A stretch of 64,000 nt of DNA, from NCBI GenBank assembly GCA_900542935.1, contig UQPN01000001.1, positions 108,149 through 172,148 on the forward strand, in the 5' to 3' direction. A program made the translations under genes and the position numbers. The DNA comes from an uncultured Eubacteriales bacterium. GTDB taxonomy: Bacteria > Bacillota > Clostridia > Christensenellales > Borkfalkiaceae. Under the pieces are notes generated by a model, which was not told the DNA's origin, made no database searches, and was given only the letters and a program-made list of their open reading frames with translations. Numbering within the stretch: position 1 is the first letter of the stretch; every line of letters starts with the position of its first letter. Shown piece by piece: positions 17,526 through 26,590 of the stretch.

Positions 17526-20276
17526 ATGAATATTGACGAAAGGCAAATACTGATTATTCAATTTAATCCGAAAACGGAAGAATGGGAAGATATTACGAAA
17601 CGCGTTCAATGGTTTGACGGTAGCGGAAATGCTTGCAGAATTAAATATTCGGGCAATGATATTTTCTATTGGAAAAGTTGGGATGACCTCAGGATTATAA
17701 ATAAACCGCTGACTGTGAATATAGTCGGGAAAATAATTTTTTGCGATAAAGTACCGGTATACGGTTTGCGCGAAGTAATACAGTTTAATTCTTACTTTAA
17801 ATTATATTACAGTTCGGGGTATACAAAGTTAGTCGAGAAAAATCGCATAAAAATCGTCAGCGATATTACCGAAACGAGAGAAATAAAAAATTTTATAGAG
17901 TATTTGAAGGCAGTTGCGGTATTAACGCCGACGGAAGACGGACAAAATTTTTTACTGAAGCAGTTAGAAAAATTAACTGTCTTAGATGATTCCGTTCTTG
18001 GAAAATTTTTGCAAGGAAAACTTGGCAGGCGAGATAATAAGAAGATAATAATTTTTCCGTTCGATACGAATTCATCTCAGCGGGTTGCGGTGAAAAGGGC
18101 TTTGGAAGAGGATTTGTCCGTAATACAAGGTCCTCCCGGGACGGGAAAAACAGAAACGATTCGCAACATCGTGGCGAATTACGTTGCGAGGGGCGGCAGT
18201 GTTGCCGTTGTTTCGGGGAATAACGAAGCTACGAGAAACGTTAAAGATAAATTTGAATCGACCGGCTTTGGTTATTTAAACGCTTTTTTAGGGAATTCGG
18301 AAAACGTAAAAAAGTTTTTCGAATCGCCACATGAGAATGTCAGACAGATTGAGAAAATCGATAAAACGAATAGCGAACGTTTATTAAAAGAAGCAAGCGA
18401 GGGTGCGGAAACTTATCTGAAATATAGTTTGGATATTGCAAGAATCGTTCAATCTGTCTCCGAGTATGAAGTGGAAAAAGAAATAAACGATGCCGAATAT
18501 CGTATAAAAAATAGAATCGTTCCGCAAGAGTTGACAAAGAAAAAATATACCGGCGCAAAACTTTTGGAACTGGCGTCTGTTCTTGAAACATTGCCCGAAA
18601 ACAAGATAACGAGCTTTTTTAACAGAGTGCGATTTTTATTCAGATTCGGTATAATAAAAGTAAAGGAAATTGCAAAAAACAGAGAAGATTCCACAGAGTA
18701 TCTGAAAAATAAATACTATGACGTCAAGATTTCGGAACTTAACGACGAAAAGGAGAAAAAACAAGAATTTGTCGATACAAACAATTTAAGCGAACTGCTT
18801 AAAGCACAAAAAGATTTATCCATGAAGATCTTTTTGTCCTGTTTACGGGAAAGATACGAAAGCTTTTGTGAACAGACATTTTCGATAAAAGATTATAAAT
18901 TTCATTTTAACGATTTTATAAAAAGGTATCCCATCGTGTATAGCACAACTCACGCATTAAGGAGTTGCACCGGTGATAATTTTCTGTATGACTGCGTGAT
19001 TATAGACGAATCGAGCCAGGTAGATCTGATCAGTGCAGTAATAGCCTTTTCTGTGGCGAAAAGGGTTGTCCTCGTAGGCGACGAAAAACAGTTGCCGCAT
19101 GTTGTAAAATCTCAATTACTTACTACGTTAAACAACATTTTTGCTGAATACAAGTTACCTGAATACTTTGATTACGCTAAAAACAGTGTATTACATTGTG
19201 TGTTGAAGAAAGAGAAAAAGATCATTTCGACGTTGTTGAACGAACATTATAGGTGCGATCCTCAGATTATAGGTTTTTGCAATAAAAGATTCTACAACGG
19301 CGAGCTGGTAATTCGCACACCTCATATCGAAAGGAACGGCGTAACGATTATTACTCACGGCTCTCACTTTGAGCGGAACAGGTCCAACGAGAGGGAAGTC
19401 GATATTATCGAAAAAGAGATTATAAAAGAGTTACCCGCGGATAAAACCGGAATTATTGCGCCGTATAATAACCAGATTGCTTTATTAAACGAACGATTCG
19501 GCGATAGCGGCTATGTAATCGATACAATACATAAATTTCAAGGAAAAGAGAAGGATTATATTATATTGTCTACGGTCGCTAATAAAATTAAATTTTATGA
19601 GGACGAAGAACAGGTTGACTTTTTGAACAATCCTAATCTTATAAACGTCGCAATATCGCGGGCGAAAAAAAGACTGTATATTCTTGCGAGCGAAGAAGTT
19701 CTCGGGCAGGAAGGTTCTATACTGAGAGATTTATCCAAATATTACGAATATTATTGTAGTGAAACGAAAAAATTGAAGACCAATGTATTTTCCGTGTTTG
19801 ACCTGATGTATGACGATTACGCGCCTATACTTGAAAAAACGAAGAAAGAACTTTTGAATATATCTTCTTTTGCAAGCGAAAATATAATTGCGACGGTGAT
19901 AGATGAGATTTGCCGAAGCGGGGAATACGGAACGCTCGGGTACAAATTCAATTATCCTTTGAAATACGTTATAAAAACCGCTTCGCTCAGCGATGCGGAA
20001 GATATAAAATTTGTTTCCAATATAAATACTCATTGCGATTTTCTTATATACAATAAATTGAACAAGGAAATCGAAATGGTGGTAGAGGTTGATGGAAGCC
20101 AACATAAGGAAGATGTGCAGGCCGCGCGCGACAAGAGAAAAGACCGTCTGCTGACGGCGGCGGGAATTAAAATTTTACGCCTTCCGACGACCACGATTGA
20201 GTGTAAAGAAAAAATAATTGCCGTATTGACGGGAGCGGATATCGAAGTGAAAATTCCGCAAGAAAAAATAATTTAA
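17526..20276 (+). CDS. Upf1-like SF1 helicase (AAA_11/AAA_12) fused to C-terminal DUF559/Vsr-like endonuclease domain
   Basis: GPPGTGKT, VIIDESSQ, HYRCDPQIIGFCNKRFYNGEL, KFQGKEKDYIILSTV, NVAISRAKKRLYIL; C-terminus EMVVEVDGSQHKE...DKRKDRLLTAAGIKILRL. Confidence 0.85.
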   Translation: MNIDERQILIIQFNPKTEEWEDITKRVQWFDGSGNACRIKYSGNDIFYWKSWDDLRIINKPLTVNIVGKIIFCDKVPVYGLREVIQFNSYFKLYYSSGYTKLVEKNRIKIVSDITETREIKNFIEYLKAVAVLTPTEDGQNFLLKQLEKLTVLDDSVLGKFLQGKLGRRDNKKIIIFPFDTNSSQRVAVKRALEEDLSVIQGPPGTGKTETIRNIVANYVARGGSVAVVSGNNEATRNVKDKFESTGFGYLNAFLGNSENVKKFFESPHENVRQIEKIDKTNSERLLKEASEGAETYLKYSLDIARIVQSVSEYEVEKEINDAEYRIKNRIVPQELTKKKYTGAKLLELASVLETLPENKITSFFNRVRFLFRFGIIKVKEIAKNREDSTEYLKNKYYDVKISELNDEKEKKQEFVDTNNLSELLKAQKDLSMKIFLSCLRERYESFCEQTFSIKDYKFHFNDFIKRYPIVYSTTHALRSCTGDNFLYDCVIIDESSQVDLISAVIAFSVAKRVVLVGDEKQLPHVVKSQLLTTLNNIFAEYKLPEYFDYAKNSVLHCVLKKEKKIISTLLNEHYRCDPQIIGFCNKRFYNGELVIRTPHIERNGVTIITHGSHFERNRSNEREVDIIEKEIIKELPADKTGIIAPYNNQIALLNERFGDSGYVIDTIHKFQGKEKDYIILSTVANKIKFYEDEEQVDFLNNPNLINVAISRAKKRLYILASEEVLGQEGSILRDLSKYYEYYCSETKKLKTNVFSVFDLMYDDYAPILEKTKKELLNISSFASENIIATVIDEICRSGEYGTLGYKFNYPLKYVIKTASLSDAEDIKFVSNINTHCDFLIYNKLNKEIEMVVEVDGSQHKEDVQAARDKRKDRLLTAAGIKILRLPTTTIECKEKIIAVLTGADIEVKIPQEKII

Positions 20277-20361
20277 AAAATTTTTTGTGTTTTGGAATAT
20301 TTTCGGCGTTTTATTCGCTTGATAGGTGTAAAATTTTTTTGCAGTCAGGAGGAACATTAAC

Positions 20362-21213
20362 ATGCAAAACAAAATTAAAGTGTTTGAAAATAAGCAGGTG
20401 CGGACTTTATGGAACGCCGACGAAGAAGAATGGTATTTTTCCGTCGTAGACGTATGCAACGTTCTGGCGGATTCGGCAAGTAAAGATCCGGGCGCATACT
20501 GGCGTAAACTGAAACAGCGCTTAAAAAATGAAGGAAGCGAGGTCGTGACAAATTGTCACGGACTGAAAATGCAGGCATCCGATGGAAAATACTACAAGAC
20601 CGATTGCCTTGATACGAAAGGCGTTTTGCGGCTTGTGCAGTCGATTCCGTCGCCGAAAGCAGAGCCGTTCAAAATGTGGCTGGCGCAGGTTGGAAGCGAG
20701 CGGCTTGACGAAATAGCCGATCCCGAAAAGGCGATACTTCGCGGCGCGGATTTTTACCGTGCCAAAGGCTATACGGAAGGTTGGATCAATCAGCGGCTTC
20801 AAACGATAGAAATGCGTAAAGAACTGACCGACGAGTGGAAAGCACGCGGAATAGAGCAGGAAAAAGATTACGCGATTTTAACGAACGAAATGACGAAAGC
20901 GTGGAGCGGCTTATCCGTTAAAGAATATAAAGAACTCAAAGGGCTGAAAAAAGAAAATCTGCGCGATAATATGACGAATATCGAACTCGTTCTGAATATG
21001 CTTGCGGAGGTTACGACGACGGCGATATCGAAACGGGAACAGCCCAATACGTTTGAAGAAAGCAAGACAATTGCAAAACGTGGCGGAAAAGTAGCAAAAA
21101 ATACAAGAACGGATATTGAAAGTCAGTTGGGACAATCGATAATTTCTCCGCTCAATGCAAGCGACAAGCCTGCGCTTGAAGTGAAAACGGACAACGACGA
21201 GGAAAAAGATTAA
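20362..21213 (+). CDS. Bro-N domain protein (DinD/antirepressor-like)
   Basis: FENKQVRTLWNADEEEWYFSVVDVCNVL is a typical Bro-N N-terminus. Confidence 0.65.
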   Translation: MQNKIKVFENKQVRTLWNADEEEWYFSVVDVCNVLADSASKDPGAYWRKLKQRLKNEGSEVVTNCHGLKMQASDGKYYKTDCLDTKGVLRLVQSIPSPKAEPFKMWLAQVGSERLDEIADPEKAILRGADFYRAKGYTEGWINQRLQTIEMRKELTDEWKARGIEQEKDYAILTNEMTKAWSGLSVKEYKELKGLKKENLRDNMTNIELVLNMLAEVTTTAISKREQPNTFEESKTIAKRGGKVAKNTRTDIESQLGQSIISPLNASDKPALEVKTDNDEEKD

Positions 21214-21415
21214 AAACGTAAAAATACACAATTACATAAAAACGAACAGGAAGCCGGATAAAAGTCTGACTTCCTTTTTGTATGCGATTGTCGGGAGAAG
21301 TTCCGACAATTTTTTACTCTTAAGAAAGGAGCGATAAATGAAAAATTACAATCGGTATCGTCCGCCGTGAACGGGCGAAAAAACAACACAGAAAATGAAA
21401 AAACGAGGAGGGCAA

Positions 21416-22129
21416 ATGGAAGAAAAAAGATTAAAACAATTTACGTTTTACGATTTGTATTACGAGGCATTGAAAGGACTTCCCGACGAGGCGGCGGGAA
21501 GAATGGCGAAAAACATCTGCAGGTTTATGTTGACAAACGAAGAGGTCTCGGAGCCGCAGGACGACAGGGAAAACTTTTTCTGGAGCAATATCAAGGACGT
21601 TCTCGAAGAGGTTAAACGAATAGAAGAAAGCGGACGAAAACCTAAAAATCTCAATGAAAAGATGCCGCATTTTATGTTTATGGAGACATACTACAAGGCA
21701 ATCAAACTGATGACCGAAGCGGAGAGCGGACAATATATAAAGGCAATCTGCGAGTATATGTTTTACGGGACGGAACGGAAATTGAAACCGCCTGTCGATA
21801 TGTATTTTTCGTTCGCGAAAAAGAAACTGGAATTATCCCGGAAAAGAAAATCGTCGGGCAGTAAAGGCGGCGCGACAACGCGCGTAAAGGTATCGGATAA
21901 AGAGATTTCAAAGGCAACCGAAAAGAAAAATCAATATGTTTCGTTCGATGATTTCATGGCGGAAAATCCGAAGATAAAAAACGATTTATATGCTTCGGGA
22001 ATGCATTTGCTGGACGGAGTAAACTGGATGAAACTGGATTGTGGGCTGGAGAAAAGCGACTATAAAGATTGCGACAGCCTGTATCGGATTCTGATGCATA
22101 AAGAGGAGATAATGAACAATGCATGGTGA
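21416..22129 (+). CDS. Hypothetical protein with internally duplicated roughly 60-aa domain
   Basis: FTFYDLYYEALKGLPDEAAGRMAKNICRFM and FMFMETYYKAIKLMTEAESGQYIKAICEYMF repeats; good coding potential; function unknown. Confidence 0.5.
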   Translation: MEEKRLKQFTFYDLYYEALKGLPDEAAGRMAKNICRFMLTNEEVSEPQDDRENFFWSNIKDVLEEVKRIEESGRKPKNLNEKMPHFMFMETYYKAIKLMTEAESGQYIKAICEYMFYGTERKLKPPVDMYFSFAKKKLELSRKRKSSGSKGGATTRVKVSDKEISKATEKKNQYVSFDDFMAENPKIKNDLYASGMHLLDGVNWMKLDCGLEKSDYKDCDSLYRILMHKEEIMNNAW

Positions 22130-22249
22130 TAAAAAGAACGGAGCAAACCGTGAAGCAAAAACGGAGCAAAACACGGTAAAACCGAAGACCAGCTATTAAA
22201 AGTCAAGCGAAAACACGCAGAAAAGATAAAAATTTTTTAGAGTAAAAAA

Positions 22250-23720
22250 CTCTACGACAAAGAGCCGTTTTGTAAGAAACGGCTGAAAGATTAACGAATA
22301 AAAACGGGATTAGTTTTTTAAGACCGGTGAATAAGGTTTTTTAGATTTCATGATTGCCCAGACGATAATGCAGAGTTTTCTTGCGACGGCGGTCGTAGCG
22401 CAGCGATGGGTTTTCCCCCTTGCCCGTAATCTGGAATAGTAATCATAAAGAGCCGGATCGCACTGTAAAGACATAAAAGCTGCCATCCATAAAGCTCTGC
22501 GCAAATACGGAGATCCGCGCTTAGATATTTTGTTTTTCGAGGAATTGAACTCGCCCGATTGTTTTACCGAAGCGTCTAATCCGGCATAGGCTACGAGTTT
22601 AGAGGAGTTTTCAAAACGATTAATGTCTCCGATTTCGCTGACAATAACACTTCCGAGCATCGGACCGATTCCGCTTATAGTGGTAATAATTCCGTATTCG
22701 GACTGAGAAAGAAGTTTTTCCATTTCCGCGTCAACATCCGAAAGTTGGTTTTCCATGAACTCTATCTGAGCAAGCAATTGTTTAAGTTCGAAGGAGAACG
22801 CGTCGAGGGCATAAGAAATACCGATGGAAGATTGTGCGGCGGTTTTAATCAATTCGGCTTTTTCTCTTCCATTACGACCACGACTGACTTTGAGCAATAG
22901 ATTAGTCAATTTAGTGGTGGAAATATCCATAAATTCGTCGGGTGTAGAAAATTGTTCGAGCAGTTGCTTGCTGGTTTTACCGAAAACGTCCGAAAAAACG
23001 CCGGTATATTCGGGAAAAACCTGATCGAGTATCGCAATGACCTTCTTCTTAAGGCTACCGCAAATATCGCTGATAGACAAACGGAAACGCGTCAGATTTT
23101 TGAGAGCAAGCATATTTTCATCGGGGATATAAGTTTCGGAATACCTGCCGAACCTTGTAAAATCCGCAATGAGAAGGCTGTCGAGATTGTCGTTTTTAAC
23201 CTTACGAATGGTAATTTCCCGGAAAGCGGCAGTCTGGATTGGATTGAACACCTTAACGTCAAAACCGTTTTCGATAAGGAAGAAATACAATGGATACCAG
23301 TAGTGCCCTGTGGATTCCAGACCGATGATGCAATCGTTTTTTTCGATAGCGTTAGATTCGACAGCGGATAGAAATTTCGTAAAACCGTCCGAAGAGTTTT
23401 TGAAGTTGAACGGCTTTACGATGACGTTACCGGAAATATCCGTAACGGCAGCTTGGTGGGAACGTTTCGCAACGTCGATACCGATAAAGAACATAAAATA
23501 CCTCCGAGGTAAAGAATAGGTGAACAGAGAATCCTCTAAGACTACGCCGGTACAGACTGGTTAGGAAAAGGGACAAAAACTGTCATCCAGCTTATTCGCA
23601 CAATCACGTAGAGAAAGAGTCGTAACTCTTCGCTGGAAGATCTAAAGTCTTAAGCAGGATAGCTACGACCTCTATTCACATGAAAATTATAACACAAACA
23701 TTTAATCAGGAAAATCAATA
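22250..23720 (-). mobile_element. IS110-family insertion sequence (boundaries approximate)
   Basis: Contains the IS110 DEDD transposase; strong hairpin agccgttttgtaagaaacggct at 22262-22287 beyond the 3' end; about 200 bp non-coding 5' flank at 23495-23720. Confidence 0.6.
22310..23494 (-). CDS. IS110-family transposase/recombinase (DEDD RuvC-like plus Transposase_20 C-terminal domain)
   Basis: MFFIGIDVAKRSHQAAV...IIGLESTGHYWYPLYFFL...KNDNLDSLLIADF is the canonical IS110 N-terminus; C-terminal helix-hairpin-helix region with the serine-containing SKRGSPYLR motif. Confidence 0.9.
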   Translation of the reverse strand: MFFIGIDVAKRSHQAAVTDISGNVIVKPFNFKNSSDGFTKFLSAVESNAIEKNDCIIGLESTGHYWYPLYFFLIENGFDVKVFNPIQTAAFREITIRKVKNDNLDSLLIADFTRFGRYSETYIPDENMLALKNLTRFRLSISDICGSLKKKVIAILDQVFPEYTGVFSDVFGKTSKQLLEQFSTPDEFMDISTTKLTNLLLKVSRGRNGREKAELIKTAAQSSIGISYALDAFSFELKQLLAQIEFMENQLSDVDAEMEKLLSQSEYGIITTISGIGPMLGSVIVSEIGDINRFENSSKLVAYAGLDASVKQSGEFNSSKNKISKRGSPYLRRALWMAAFMSLQCDPALYDYYSRLRARGKTHRCATTAVARKLCIIVWAIMKSKKPYSPVLKN

Positions 23721-23861
23721 TGAAATATTTATGTTGCAATTCAACTATATTTTACCAGCAGGTTAAGAAAATGCAGTCTTCGCCGCATTTTGTGTTACGG
23801 AAAGCGGCACAGCCGCCTTTCGTTTTCGAGAGCAAGAATACAAGTGAAAAGGAGGAAAATT

Positions 23862-25160
23862 TTGTCCGGAACGCCGGTAATATTCAACGTGGCATATACG
23901 CCGTATAAACTGAAAAAGGGTTCGACCGAAGAAGAGATAAAAGCCCACGCGGGAAAACGCGCGTATTACGATTTTACGGGCGATACGAATTATCTCAGGT
24001 ATATGACCACCGAAGGGAAACTGATGGGAAACGAATCCAAAAAATTCACGATGCTCGATTATCTGCAAAAATCCACGGGCGTGTTCAACGGCGACGGAAT
24101 GATAAGCAAGGACGAATTAAAAGAAATGAAACGACGGCTGAAAGAAAACAAAGGCAACATCTGGAGCGGGTTCGTATCGTTCGACGAAGAAAATTCCGGA
24201 AAGATCGATACGCCAGAAAAGTGTATCGCGCTGATACGGAAAACGTTCAACGAGTTCTTTCGCAATATGGGGCTGGATCCGCGAGAAGTCGATCTGATAT
24301 GCGCTTTACATCTGGACAGACCGTCGCATCTGCACTTTCATTTCGAGTTTTACGAAAAGCGTCCGTGGCTGAAAAACAAGCGCGCCGCCGGATATAAATA
24401 CCGAAGCAAGGGCAAAGTTCCGATAAAAGCCATAGACAATATGGTGGAGCGGCTGACTTCTTACACGATAGACGACGATTTGAAAAAACGTTCGGACGAA
24501 GCGCGGAGCGCGTTATATAAACGGAAAGATTTTTCGGAAGCGCTGTGCCGCGACGTGGCGACAAAGAAAATGAAAGAACTTGCGGAAAAAATTCCGCCGA
24601 CGGCTTCGTTTCAATACGGCAAAAAAGATATGGCTATGTATCGCCGTGAGATTGACGAAATTGTGGAAGCGGTTGCTATGGTGGACGAGGACGTGTGCGC
24701 CGCCGACAGTGCGTTCAGGGCGGAACTTATGCGAAAAGAAACCGCGCTGAAAAGCATTATGGGGAAGTATTACGCCAAAAGAATAAAAGACGACGGCGTT
24801 TTCAAAGAGGAAATGACGAACGCTTCAGAAATTTTCGGGCTGAAACATATCCGGACGATAGACAGGCTGGAATGGGATTATCGCAGGCGGCTCGGGAATA
24901 TCGTTCTTAAAAAGGTGAAGTACATACAAGAAAACACTTATAAGTGCAACCGGACGAAAAAGAGAAAAGCCAACGATAAGTCGATTAAACGCCATATCGC
25001 CGTGTCAGATAATAAAATCGGCAGGGAACTTTCTAACTTTTTCGGTTCGGTTTTCGATTTGTTTATACCCGAAACGCAAGCCTATTCAAACCGTTTGCGG
25101 GAGATAGAACGCGAAATGAAGGAAGAAAAAGAAAAGGAAGAGCGCGAAGCCGCGGCGTAG
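23862..25160 (+). CDS. HUH-family mobilisation relaxase (Mob_Pre-like)
   Basis: Histidine triad ALHLDRPSHLHFHFEF (HxD...HxH); N-terminal Tyr-rich region; TTG start with aaggagg RBS preferred over the ATG at 23790. Confidence 0.6.
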   Translation: MSGTPVIFNVAYTPYKLKKGSTEEEIKAHAGKRAYYDFTGDTNYLRYMTTEGKLMGNESKKFTMLDYLQKSTGVFNGDGMISKDELKEMKRRLKENKGNIWSGFVSFDEENSGKIDTPEKCIALIRKTFNEFFRNMGLDPREVDLICALHLDRPSHLHFHFEFYEKRPWLKNKRAAGYKYRSKGKVPIKAIDNMVERLTSYTIDDDLKKRSDEARSALYKRKDFSEALCRDVATKKMKELAEKIPPTASFQYGKKDMAMYRREIDEIVEAVAMVDEDVCAADSAFRAELMRKETALKSIMGKYYAKRIKDDGVFKEEMTNASEIFGLKHIRTIDRLEWDYRRRLGNIVLKKVKYIQENTYKCNRTKKRKANDKSIKRHIAVSDNKIGRELSNFFGSVFDLFIPETQAYSNRLREIEREMKEEKEKEEREAAA

Positions 25161-25381
25161 AACAATTATTATAACAGCAGATGAGGATTGCCCTACATTT
25201 TAGGGCAAATCTCGGAAAGGAGGGTAAAACGACATTTAATTAAAACCGAAAAAATAACGAAAACAAACTTTTACATTCGAGCCATAAAAAATTTTCTGTT
25301 TTTTCTTGCGAAAACAGCTTGACAAATACAGATTCGGATGCTATCGTATTGATACGACGAAAGAAAATCGGAGGTGGAACT

Positions 25382-25738
25382 ATGAACAAAGCAAAAGTAA
25401 TGCGAAAAGCGGAAGCGGGCGAGGGATTGACCGTAGCGGAAATCAAGGTTTATCAGACAACCGTTAAACCTGAAAAGCAAGTTTACGGTAAGTACGGAAC
25501 GCTTGCTAAACAGTATTTGGAGGATAAGGGAATCGATTGGACGATTGCGAATCTTCCCGAATACCTGTACGGCGTAGATAAAGCCGCCGACGAACTGTAC
25601 GAAACGATGTATGAAAAGTTCTCGAAAGAAGAGCGTTTCAAAAAGTCGGAGGATTTTATGGAAAACCTGAAAAGGGAAACCGAAATGCAAAGGCTTATCG
25701 AAGAAGAAATCTTAAACGAAATTGTTTATGTAAAATAA
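25382..25738 (+). CDS. TnpV-like conserved hypothetical protein of mobilisable transposons (paralogue of 52181-52534)
   Basis: MNKAKVMRKAEAGEGLTVAEIKVYQTTVKPEKQVYGKYGTLAKQYLEDKGIDWTIANLPEYLYGVD is about 70% identical to the second copy; RBS ggaggtgg. Confidence 0.55.
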   Translation: MNKAKVMRKAEAGEGLTVAEIKVYQTTVKPEKQVYGKYGTLAKQYLEDKGIDWTIANLPEYLYGVDKAADELYETMYEKFSKEERFKKSEDFMENLKRETEMQRLIEEEILNEIVYVK

Positions 25739-25751
25739 CGGAGGTATCAAA

Positions 25752-25874
25752 ATGAAAGTGCTAAAAGTAGTCGGAACTATCGGCGGATTTGCGTTGGCAG
25801 GCGTGCTTATTGCAGGGCATTTCGTAATGAACGTCATAGGTGCGTTGATTTGCGCCATCACTTCACAAGGCTAA
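25752..25874 (+). CDS. Small hydrophobic peptide (40 aa, single transmembrane helix)
   Basis: MKVLKVVGTIGGFALAGVLIAGHFVMNVIGALICAITSQG; RBS ggaggtatc; frameshifted paralogue at 52547. Confidence 0.45.
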   Translation: MKVLKVVGTIGGFALAGVLIAGHFVMNVIGALICAITSQG

Positions 25875-25885
25875 TGGAGGTTTTT

Positions 25886-26110
25886 ATGGAAAAGAAAGAA
25901 ACAACGCCGCGCAGAGCGGCAAGAAGAAGTTACGAGGAACGCAACAAAGATAAGCGCAAGCAGACAAGCGGAAATTTCGGAACGATGATTCCGCGCGATT
26001 TGTTCGACGAAATCAATGCGTTTCTGAAAGAACGTAATATGACAAAAGTGGACTTTATCCGAACGGCATACGAAATAATGAAGTCCGAAAACAACGGAAC
26101 ACATAATTGA
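25886..26110 (+). CDS. Ribbon-helix-helix (CopG-like) DNA-binding protein
   Basis: TMIPRDLFDEINAFLKERNMTKVDFIRTAYE; ggagg RBS. Confidence 0.5.
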   Translation: MEKKETTPRRAARRSYEERNKDKRKQTSGNFGTMIPRDLFDEINAFLKERNMTKVDFIRTAYEIMKSENNGTHN

Positions 26111-26323
26111 TTGTGGCTTATCCAACCCGTGATATCGGGAATCAATAAGGAGATATTGTGTGATAGGAGAACTGTACTTTTCTTTCCGTTAAAAGTACGG
26201 CAGGGAAAATAATTACGGCGCCGCTACGGAGAGTAGTCGAAAAAAATAATAAATAAAAGTGTAAATGCAGACAGAAATCCCGGGCGGCGCAACCTATATA
26301 AAACACAAAAATTTTAAGGAGAC

Positions 26324-26590
26324 TTGAACGAGCAGAAATTAAAACAATTAGAGAGAGAAGAAAAAGGCAAACAACAAAAATTCCCCGAAGCGGGAGCGGA
26401 ATTCGATTCTTCGCAGTTGAATACCGACGTATTCAATACCGTTATCGCTTTCAGAATGCTTGAAATTATGCGGAATAACGGATTGATTGACGAAAGCGAA
26501 TATGCAAAGGTCGAGAAAGAGCGCGCCCGTTACAAGGGGAACGTGATAGACAAAAGAAAGACGAAAAAGGCGGTGATTCAATATGATTGA
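26324..26590 (+). CDS. Small protein with SHOCT-like C-terminus (start uncertain)
   Basis: NGLIDESEYAKVEKERA resembles the SHOCT motif. Confidence 0.35.
   Translation: MNEQKLKQLEREEKGKQQKFPEAGAEFDSSQLNTDVFNTVIAFRMLEIMRNNGLIDESEYAKVEKERARYKGNVIDKRKTKKAVIQYD

Noticed and set aside
23790-25160. ATG at 23790 as the relaxase start
   Set aside because: The N-terminal 24 residues are basic junk; a TTG at 23862 with a strong aaggagg RBS gives a cleaner start.
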